Source: Acaryochloris marina MBIC11017 (lineage in GTDB: Bacteria > Cyanobacteriota > Cyanobacteriia > Thermosynechococcales > Thermosynechococcaceae). Taken from it: a stretch of 32,000 nt of DNA. Every line of letters starts with the position of its first letter. The first letter of the stretch is position 1. A program made the translations under genes and the position numbers. The notes under the pieces were generated by a model that saw only the letters and a program-made list of their open reading frames with translations, did no database searches and was not told the DNA's origin. This document shows positions 25,293 to 32,000 of the stretch, piece after piece. The stretch covers positions 2,070,001 to 2,102,000 of the forward strand of contig NC_009925.1 in assembly GCF_000018105.1 (NCBI RefSeq), read 5' to 3'.

Positions 25293-25823
25293 TTGATTGA
25301 ACTCAAACCCTCGCGCTTGCAACTGATTCAGCCCACTGCAGCCTGAATTTCTAAGCATGGTGAGCAACTTTCAGCATGCGGGTGAAACATGCATTCATGA
25401 TCAAAACATCCAAAACATCTCCTTTATTCAAAACTCTTTTCTGGCCTACCTTCACCAGCGAGAACAGAACGCCCTCGGTATTGACCTGAAACCGGGATTT
25501 GTTCCGGCGACCACTTTTTGGCTGATCAATGAAAGCAATCGAGTGTTAGGCGAAAGTCGGCTACGCCATTGCTTAACGCCCTCTCTAGAAGAGGTGGGGG
25601 GCATATCGGCTATAGGGTTCGTCCTGCAGACCGAGGCCAAGGAAATGGTACTCAGCTGTTGGTATTGACACTAGCGAAAGCCCTAAAAAGGGGAATTCAG
25701 CCTATTTTAGTCACCTGTAACCCAGCCAATCGAGCCTCTGTAAAGGTCATGCAAAAAAATGGGGGTGTTCCCACCAGCGAGAGCTATATCCCACGCATCA
25801 ATCAGCAGGTCTCTCGCCACTAG
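25293..25823 (+). pseudogene. GNAT-family N-acetyltransferase (COG3981-like) with frameshift(s)
   Basis: Frame 1 reads ...TFWLINESNRVLGESRLRHCLTPSLEEVGG. After the G6 run at 25596-25601 the sequence continues in another frame: HIGYRVRPADRGQGNGTQLLVLTLAKALKRGIQPILVTCNPANRASVKVMQKNGG. Joined, this gives the GNAT pattern ...gGHIGY.VrP..RG.G... A possible second shift lies near 25335-25345, with an N-terminal piece (TTG)IELKPSRLQLIQPTAA in the C-terminal frame. Confidence 0.6.
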
Positions 25824-25868
25824 ATTGAGTTGGGGACAATGCCCTAAATATCTGAGGATAACCGAAAT

Positions 25869-26414
25869 CTATGGTGCAATGACGCCGAAGGTCTTTAGGG
25901 TTGGGCGCATTGCCGTGATTTCATCCCGGTGGGCAATCACCGTGAGTAGGGTTTGGGGGTCTGTCTCTCCAGAAGAGGCCACCGATTCTACCTTGAGTCT
26001 AACCTGTTCAGGCCGTTGGGCCTTTTGCCAATAAAACCAGCCTGCCACCGGTGAAATAACGGTGATCACCGTAAAGCCAAAGCCTACGGAGGGAAAGAGA
26101 ATGCTAAATACTAGGCTTAAGCACAGGGTTGCCGTTAGCATCAGGGCGGTTAGAAAACAGGCCAACACCACGCTAGGCCGTACCGTCCCTTCAAAGGTGA
26201 CTTGATCCAATTCTTTGTCTAAAGCCGAGAGCCGATAGGACCGATTCGTTAGGTGGTCTTCCACTTTCTTGAGCACGGCTTCTTCTGGCTGGCTAGATAG
26301 CCACTGCAACTCTTCTGTCCGATCCTTCACCGAGGCGCGAACAAAGAAGAATAACCCCACCATCAGCAATAAGGTCAGCAGAAAGGTTGAGGGTAAAACA
26401 AAGGAGCGCATCAT
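25869..26414 (-). CDS. Membrane protein, cofactor assembly of complex C subunit B (CCB1/DUF3529)-like
   Basis: 181-aa ORF: an N-terminal TM followed by FVRASVKDRTE, two central TMs, PVAGWFYWQKAQRPEQV and VIAHRDE. The pattern matches cyanobacterial CCB1 as I recall it, so the family call is tentative. Confidence 0.55.
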   Translation of the reverse strand: MMRSFVLPSTFLLTLLLMVGLFFFVRASVKDRTEELQWLSSQPEEAVLKKVEDHLTNRSYRLSALDKELDQVTFEGTVRPSVVLACFLTALMLTATLCLSLVFSILFPSVGFGFTVITVISPVAGWFYWQKAQRPEQVRLKVESVASSGETDPQTLLTVIAHRDEITAMRPTLKTFGVIAP

Positions 26415-26650
26415 AGGTGATTTAAGCCCAGTGAATAAAACAAATGTGATGCAAGTTGCCAGATCGAGTTGACCTCAGTCACTGCAAGCACTTGGAAGAA
26501 ACCATATGGTATGGAAACACATCCAGTGAAAAATTGTTGTAATTTCTACTGTCTTCCAAACAAGAAACCATTATTTGGCAGCGGCGAAATAATCACTTGG
26601 ATGTATCTTCTCTGTTTAGTTTACAGCCAAAACTAGAACTCTTCATATGC

Positions 26651-26680
26651 TTGAAAGTCTTATTTTTTGGGAACTATAGA
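26651..26680 (+). promoter_or_regulatory. Candidate sigma-70-type promoter for the sigma factor gene
   Basis: TTGAAA (26651-26656), an 18-nt spacer, then TATAGA (26675-26680), about 45 nt upstream of ATG 26725. This is a motif match only. Confidence 0.25.
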
Positions 26681-26724
26681 GGAAGGGAGCTGTTTTCGCT
26701 TTAACCTGTTAGAGGTGATCTTAG

Positions 26725-27996
26725 ATGTCGGCAATTCCGCAAAAAGCAGAAGTCATTCATGCCGTTTATGACGGTCAAGGGAACAGTCGTGACCTTGATC
26801 AAAATTCCAATGAACCTGAGGAAGTAGAGTTTGATCCAAACGCTGATTTAGATGATGATGCTTCCGAAGATCTTGCCGCTTTGAAGATGACTCCCATTTC
26901 TGCTGCCAATCGTCGGGGAACGACGGATTTGGTGCGGTTATACTTGCAAGAAATTGGCCGAGTAAGCCTACTAGAGCGGGATGAAGAAGTCGCTGAAGCC
27001 CAGAAGGTGCAACGCTATATGCATCTACTGGAAACGCGAGAAGAATTTTTAGAAAGCCATCCAGTGATTGCTGAGTATGCCCGTTTAACGGATGTCCGCG
27101 ATCGATTGACCGCCATGTTGGGGCATCGTCCGTCCTTCAACCGCTGGGCCAAGGAAGCTGATATTCCAGTCGCAGATCTGAAGCCCCGCCTAGCTGAAGG
27201 CAAAACCGCCTGGGCAGAGAAAGCTGAGTTATCCAATGCGGAGCTTGACCAAATCGTTAAGCAAGGCATTAAAGCGAAAGAGCATATGATTCAAGCCAAT
27301 CTACGCTTGGTCGTCTCGGTCGCGAAGAAATACCAAAACCGAGGTTTAGAACTTCTGGACTTGATTCAAGAAGGAACCTTAGGTCTAGAACGGGCAGTTG
27401 AAAAGTTTGATCCCACTAAAGGGTATCGCTTTAGTACCTATGCCTACTGGTGGATTCGCCAAGGGATCACCCGTGCGATAGCAACTCAAAGCCGCACCAT
27501 CCGCCTCCCGGTCCATATCACTGAGAAGCTAAACAAAATCAAGAAGGCTCAGCGCAAGCTGTCCCAAAGCAAAGGCCGCACCGCCAGCATTGAGGACATT
27601 GCCCAGGAAATGGATATGACCCCGGAGCAAATTCGGGAACTCTTAGTCCGCGTCCCCCGCTCCGTCTCCCTGGAGATCAAAGTTGGTAAGGACAAAGATA
27701 CAGAGTTAGGTGACCTGCTAGAAACGGATGATATTTCTCCAGAAGAGCTGATCATGCGAGAGTCCTTACAACAAGAACTGAAGCAGCTCCTCGCCGACCT
27801 AACCCCTCGGGAGCGAGATGTGATCACCATGCGATTTGGCCTCAATGATGGCAAAACTCATTCCCTTGCCCAAATTGGTAAGTCCTTAGATTTATCACGG
27901 GAGCGGGTTCGCCAAATTGAATCGAAGGCGTTACAAAAGCTTCGACAACCCAAGCGACGTAACCGCATCCGTGACTTTTTAGAGGCCTTTGCCTAA
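26725..27996 (+). CDS. RNA polymerase sigma factor, RpoD/SigA family (group-2-like)
   Basis: 423-aa ORF: TTDLVRLYLQEIGRVSLLERDEEVAEAQKVQRY, region 2 (NLRLVVSVAKKYQNRGLELLDLIQEGTLGLERAVEKFDPTKGYRFSTYAYWWIRQGITRAI), region 3 and region 4 (TLAQIGKSLDLSRERVRQIESKALQKLR). A GAGGTGA RBS precedes the ATG. Confidence 0.93.
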   Translation: MSAIPQKAEVIHAVYDGQGNSRDLDQNSNEPEEVEFDPNADLDDDASEDLAALKMTPISAANRRGTTDLVRLYLQEIGRVSLLERDEEVAEAQKVQRYMHLLETREEFLESHPVIAEYARLTDVRDRLTAMLGHRPSFNRWAKEADIPVADLKPRLAEGKTAWAEKAELSNAELDQIVKQGIKAKEHMIQANLRLVVSVAKKYQNRGLELLDLIQEGTLGLERAVEKFDPTKGYRFSTYAYWWIRQGITRAIATQSRTIRLPVHITEKLNKIKKAQRKLSQSKGRTASIEDIAQEMDMTPEQIRELLVRVPRSVSLEIKVGKDKDTELGDLLETDDISPEELIMRESLQQELKQLLADLTPRERDVITMRFGLNDGKTHSLAQIGKSLDLSRERVRQIESKALQKLRQPKRRNRIRDFLEAFA

Positions 27997-28030
27997 CCCT
28001 CTCGACCTTAACAATTGCCAAGATCACCCT

Positions 28031-28060
28031 AAGGGGATCGCTAAGCGATCCCCTTTCTTG
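28031..28060 (+). terminator. Rho-independent terminator after the sigma factor gene
   Basis: aaggggatcgc (28031-28041), loop taa, gcgatcccctt (28045-28055): a perfect 11-bp stem followed by tcttg, 35 nt after the stop codon. Confidence 0.7.
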
Positions 28061-28220
28061 CATCAAGGGCAAATAGACTGCAATGCAGGACAGCGTATAG
28101 AATTACAGACGTCTTCAGGATCCAAGCCCTCGCTTTACTTTTCTCAATAGAATCTTCTTGTTGCCAAAGGATCCATCATTCGTTAGACTTTCAATAAGCT
28201 CATGTTCTTGAGAAAAGACT

Positions 28221-28670
28221 ATGTACAGTGCTAACTCACTTAAAGCAGAACTCAACGATCGAGGGTGGCGTCTTACACCTCAACGAGAAACAATCCTCAA
28301 TGTGTTTCAAAACCTGCAAAAAGGGAAGCATTTAAGCGCTGAAGATTTATACAATCTCTTGGAAGAACAGGGTGAGCCTATTAGTTTATCCACGATTTAT
28401 AGAACGGTAAAATTAATGGCTCGCATGGGGATTTTGCGAGAGTTAGAATTCGCTGAAGGTCATAAACACTATGAACTAAATCAGCCCTATCCCTACCATC
28501 ATCACCACCTGATTTGCGTTAAATGCAACAAAACCATTGAGTTTAAAAGTGACTCTGTTTTGAAGATTGGCTCAAAGACAGCGAAAAAGTCAGGCTTCCA
28601 TTTATTGGACTGTCAACTGTCGATTCATGCCATTTGCCCTCAATGCCAGCGGTCTTTACTGCCCACCTGA
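28221..28670 (+). CDS. fur: Fur family transcriptional repressor (FurA-like)
   Basis: 149-aa ORF: SLKAELNDRGWRLTPQRETIL...LSAEDLY...ISLSTIYRTVKLMARMGILRELEFAEGHKHYELNQPYPYHHHHLICVKCNKTIEF...LDCQLSIHAICPQC. It is near-collinear with cyanobacterial FurA as I recall it. Confidence 0.9.
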   Translation: MYSANSLKAELNDRGWRLTPQRETILNVFQNLQKGKHLSAEDLYNLLEEQGEPISLSTIYRTVKLMARMGILRELEFAEGHKHYELNQPYPYHHHHLICVKCNKTIEFKSDSVLKIGSKTAKKSGFHLLDCQLSIHAICPQCQRSLLPT

Positions 28671-29254
28671 TCCAGGGTGTGACAATGTTGAATCATGTCT
28701 GGGAAAAATTGCGCAAAGTCCTGGGCAACAGTGGGGTAGTGGGTCAACCAATCTTCAATAGCAGGGCATAGGTTAACGGAACGCTGCCAACGGTGGCTAA
28801 TTCTGCGAGATAAGCGAGACAAGGTAGTCTCGATGCCCTCAATGGATTGATATTGGGTTAGCCAATCTTCTGCGGCAATCCGATTCAAAAGAATGTGAAC
28901 ATCCGTAGGCAGCCAGCCACTATAGGTTTGGAATGAACGGTAAATCTCCTGGGTAAACGTCGCCAGGGGAACATCACTATACTCTGACCAGTGGCACGCT
29001 AGATGGTGATCGTAAAAAATATCCACTAAGATGCCTGCCATCCGGCGATGCGCAGGACTGATCAAACGTTTGCTATGGCGAACCACCGGATGACAATCCG
29101 TAAAACTATCAATCTGTTGGTGGTGTTTCATCCCTGCTTGCATCTCCACAGAGAACTGTTGACGGACCGCCCCTTTAATGAAGTCTGCGAGTAAGTTGCC
29201 TAACCGATGTTCAACGGTCGGCTGAGCTAGGTAGAGATGGGCTAAAAAGTTCAT
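28640..29254 (-). CDS. acpH: Acyl carrier protein phosphodiesterase (AcpH, DUF479)
   Basis: 204-aa ORF beginning MNFLAHLYLA...LGNLLADFIKG, the hallmark AcpH N-terminus. Its ATG overlaps the SulP stop (ATGA). Confidence 0.8.
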   Translation of the reverse strand: MNFLAHLYLAQPTVEHRLGNLLADFIKGAVRQQFSVEMQAGMKHHQQIDSFTDCHPVVRHSKRLISPAHRRMAGILVDIFYDHHLACHWSEYSDVPLATFTQEIYRSFQTYSGWLPTDVHILLNRIAAEDWLTQYQSIEGIETTLSRLSRRISHRWQRSVNLCPAIEDWLTHYPTVAQDFAQFFPDMIQHCHTLDQVGSKDRWH

Positions 29255-30978
29255 GTAGAAGATTGATCCAAAGGATTAGCAGACACGGGGTATTGGGTCG
29301 TATAGGCCGAGACTGCTGTGGGTAGCGTGGCAAAAATGAACTCTGGCGGAATGTTTTTCAGAAAAGCGGTGGGCTGCAGCTGACCATAAAGGTCTTGTTT
29401 CATCCGGGCAATGCCAAACTGAATGTTGTGCTTAGCGAGTTCTTGACGCAGCTCTTCCAGCATATCGACCGCCGTAATATCAATATTGATAATGGCTTCC
29501 GTATTGAGGACAAACCAGTGGACAGGGGGTTCTTCAGTTGCGATCGCATCCAAGACTCGCTGCTTAAAATTTTCGGCATTGGCAAAACAAAGGGGCGCAT
29601 CATAGCGATAAATCACTAAACCTGGCCAGGTCGCCGTCCCCTCCCAATCGGCAATATCATGGAGGCCAGCCATGCCAGGAACTTTCCCCAACACGGCATC
29701 ATGGGGGCGAGCAATCCGAGCAAACAGATCAATCACCGACAAGCCCACGGCCACCGCCACCCCCAGTAAAATATCCGTTCCCAACACGCCTAACGTCGTG
29801 ATGATGGCTAACCCCCACTCCGTTTTTCGAAACCGCCAGAGTCGCTTAAATTCTGCCCATTCAATCAGTCGGGTCGCCGCAAAGATTACAATTGCCCCGA
29901 GGGCTGCGGTCGGGAAGAGCGCCAGTACAGGCCGTAGAAACAGCAAAACAATGACCACCACCCCAAACGCGACCAAGGAAAACACTTGGGTCTTACTCCC
30001 CAACGCATCACCAATCACGGTACGGCTACCACTGCTGCTGATGGGGAAGCCTTGCAGCAGCCCCGTGGCCAAATTCGCGATGCCTAAGGCCAACAGTTCT
30101 TGATTCCCGTCGATTTGGTAGCCATTACGGTTAGCAAAGGATCGGGCCGTCAATACATTATCCGAATATCCCACCACGGCAATGCCCACTGCTGCCGCGA
30201 GCAAAGTAGAAATTTTGGCAGGTGAGAATCCGGGCAGGAGTGGCGTGGGCAAACCCGCTGGGATGGTGCCTACCACCTTGACGCCTTGCTGATCGAGCTG
30301 AAAAACAGCGACCGCTGCCGTTGCCAATAAAACTGCAATCAGCGGCCCCGGCCATTTGGGAAAGCGAGTTTGAATCACAAAGAGAAAAAACAAGACAGCG
30401 GTTGCCAACACAAAGGTCGGTGGATGCAGCTGATTGAATTGGGTCACAAAGTCTTGCACCTCTCCCACCAAACTCTCAGATTGAATGGGAATACCGCTAA
30501 CCTTACCGAGCTGACCAATGATCATAATCAGGGCGACTCCTGCCATATATCCCACTAAAATGGGCTTCGACAGTAAATCAGCCAGAAAGCCCAGTCGAGC
30601 GATATAAGCAATCAAATAAACCAATCCGACAAACAGGGCTAAGACCGCAGCCCAACTCGCCGCCTCATAGGCTCCACCGGCCACTAAAGGCCCAATGGCG
30701 ACCGCCGTCATCACAGCGGTTGTCGACTCAGGTCCTAAGGAGAGTTGCAACGAAGATCCAAACATCGCGTAGATCAGCATGGCAGGCAAAATAGCCCACA
30801 AGCCAGCCACAGGCTCCACCCCCGCTAACTCCCCATAGGCCATACATTGAGGAATCAAATAAGCCGCGACCGTTATACCCGCGATACTATCCTGCCGCAA
30901 CCACTGCCATTGATAATGGGTCAGCTGCCACCAACCCGGTACCCGTGATCGCAGCCCAGACTTGCCGTTCTTAGCCAC
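29251..30978 (-). CDS. SulP family inorganic anion transporter with C-terminal STAS domain
   Basis: 575-aa ORF: DSIAGITVAAYLIPQCMAYGELAGV, multiple TMs, C-terminal STAS-like region (LVIYRYDAPLCFANAENF...DITAVDMLEEL). The substrate (sulfate or bicarbonate) cannot be assigned from sequence alone. Confidence 0.9.
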   Translation of the reverse strand: MAKNGKSGLRSRVPGWWQLTHYQWQWLRQDSIAGITVAAYLIPQCMAYGELAGVEPVAGLWAILPAMLIYAMFGSSLQLSLGPESTTAVMTAVAIGPLVAGGAYEAASWAAVLALFVGLVYLIAYIARLGFLADLLSKPILVGYMAGVALIMIIGQLGKVSGIPIQSESLVGEVQDFVTQFNQLHPPTFVLATAVLFFLFVIQTRFPKWPGPLIAVLLATAAVAVFQLDQQGVKVVGTIPAGLPTPLLPGFSPAKISTLLAAAVGIAVVGYSDNVLTARSFANRNGYQIDGNQELLALGIANLATGLLQGFPISSSGSRTVIGDALGSKTQVFSLVAFGVVVIVLLFLRPVLALFPTAALGAIVIFAATRLIEWAEFKRLWRFRKTEWGLAIITTLGVLGTDILLGVAVAVGLSVIDLFARIARPHDAVLGKVPGMAGLHDIADWEGTATWPGLVIYRYDAPLCFANAENFKQRVLDAIATEEPPVHWFVLNTEAIINIDITAVDMLEELRQELAKHNIQFGIARMKQDLYGQLQPTAFLKNIPPEFIFATLPTAVSAYTTQYPVSANPLDQSST

Positions 30979-31037
30979 AGTTTATGCTTCAGTTCAGTCT
31001 GGATTGATATTAGCTTGATTTGATTACAGCAATGGCG

Positions 31038-32000
31038 CTAGGCCATCTCAGACCTGTGACTGGGCTGATAAATATCGCCGAAGGTGTGATCTGCATTCAC
31101 GGTAATCACCAGATCGGCCCCGTTTTGCTGAGTAGTCAAAGGTTTTACAAATAGCTCGGGATGCAGCGCCTTCCAAAAGTAATCCACAAATTCATCGATT
31201 TCCCCATCACTCATGCCAGCGTTACCCATTGCGATCGCTTTATGTTCTGCCTCTTTTCGCCACTGCTTACTGAGTTGATAATCCGCTAAATTCAGCACCA
31301 TCAAACGGTCGAGACGGTCCCAGAGAGGCAAGTAATCCTGCAAGCGCTGGTTCATTTCCATGGCGAACTTGCGATCAGCGGGCGTATCAATCGGTGCAGG
31401 GGCTTGTTCAAAGAGGTCAGGCGGAATAGGTTGTGCCCCCACAAACCAACCCTCAAAAAGGACGATATCAGCGGTCGGCACCGATTCAAACCCACTGCGA
31501 TCGCCCTGTCCGCCAAAGGCCGATTTATCAAACCGAGGGATTTGAATTTGAGTATTGGCCTCGTTGGCTCGCACCTGATCCAGAATTTGAAGGCCCAAAT
31601 CAACATCATGGGTTCCTGGTGGCCCTCGCCATTTTAGTCGAGGGTCCTCCACTTGCAGCTGCTGACGCTCACTATAGGTCTTATAGAGATCATCGATGGA
31701 CAGGCAGCAGCACGAATACCCTAGCTGTTCTAGAACGATCTGCAGCACCGTGGTCAGGGTCGTTTTTCCAGCCCCCTGCATGCCCAAAATGCCTTGGATT
31801 AGTGGGCGATTCAGCTTCCGTCTCGCTTCCGCTATCTGGCAGGCTAGCGGCATCCATACCCGCCAGAGGGGCTGTAGGGGCGAGGTGAATATTTGACAGT
31901 CTCCACACCAAAACTCTTCCACCGGGGGGTAGATTCGGGGAAGGAGCTGGGCGAACTGATGAAGGGTTGCTTCTACTGAGGCTGGAGTTAGGCCAAAAGC
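31038..32000 (-). CDS. D-glycerate 3-kinase (plant/cyanobacterial GLYK type); the 5' end probably lies beyond the window
   Basis: P-loop GMQGAGKTTL, LSIDDLYKT, PRFDKSAFGGQGDR, VLFEGWFVG and AGMSDGEIDEFVDYF are collinear with GLYK as I recall it. The reading frame stays open from 31922 to 32000 (AFGLTPASVEATLHQFAQLLPRIYPP), so the track's GTG start is probably not the true one. Confidence 0.85.
   Translation of the reverse strand, partial: AFGLTPASVEATLHQFAQLLPRIYPPVEEFWCGDCQIFTSPLQPLWRVWMPLACQIAEARRKLNRPLIQGILGMQGAGKTTLTTVLQIVLEQLGYSCCCLSIDDLYKTYSERQQLQVEDPRLKWRGPPGTHDVDLGLQILDQVRANEANTQIQIPRFDKSAFGGQGDRSGFESVPTADIVLFEGWFVGAQPIPPDLFEQAPAPIDTPADRKFAMEMNQRLQDYLPLWDRLDRLMVLNLADYQLSKQWRKEAEHKAIAMGNAGMSDGEIDEFVDYFWKALHPELFVKPLTTQQNGADLVITVNADHTFGDIYQPSHRSEMA

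Noticed and set aside
26415-26724. 310-bp leader upstream of the sigma factor gene, examined for a riboswitch or small ORFs.
   Set aside because: I could find no recognisable riboswitch core, conserved hairpin set or convincing uORF. Long leaders are common for sigma factor genes.
1-32000. Search for CRISPR arrays, rRNA or tRNA genes, and long tandem repeats.
   Set aside because: No regularly spaced direct repeats were seen beyond the 15-bp pair at 5989-6032. There is no rRNA-like conserved sequence and no foldable tRNA cloverleaf.

Overview
This looks like a chromosomal segment of a cyanobacterium. I count at least 11 exact copies of the HIP1 octamer GCGATCGC in 32 kb. The gene content also fits: gnd, malQ, a plant-type glycerate 3-kinase, an RpoD-family sigma factor, a FurA-like repressor and a CCB1-like protein.

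Left third (1-9.4 kb, all minus strand): peptide/nickel-type ABC importer genes (one SBP and two permeases), a SIMPL protein, an S41 peptidase, a second orphan family-5 SBP and a di-haem cytochrome c peroxidase.

9.5-10.6 kb is a gene-decay zone. It holds an ECF sigma pseudogene whose nonsense codon lies inside a perfect 30-bp HIP1-centred palindrome, plus an IS1-like remnant.

10.95-12.99 kb encodes an unusual fusion of a PTS EIIC domain (Lac/Cel type) to an EAL domain.

15.68-20.9 kb is an accessory island. It contains an IS630 element, an IS5-family element split by a second nested IS630, and a HigB/HigA toxin-antitoxin pair. It also carries an orphan ThsB-like TIR (DUF1863) gene with a frame-offset downstream extension of about 60 codons, an AT-rich structured leader and a possible truncated paralogue. 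No ThsA-like partner is visible. This TIR locus is my best candidate for a non-canonical or undescribed defence module.

Right third: Uma2 endonuclease, Coq4-like protein, malQ, an FAD oxidoreductase, a frameshifted GNAT pseudogene, a sigma factor, fur converging on and overlapping a SulP-AcpH operon, and glycerate kinase.

I found no rRNA, tRNA or CRISPR array. All family assignments rest on by-eye motif recognition and need HMM/BLAST confirmation.
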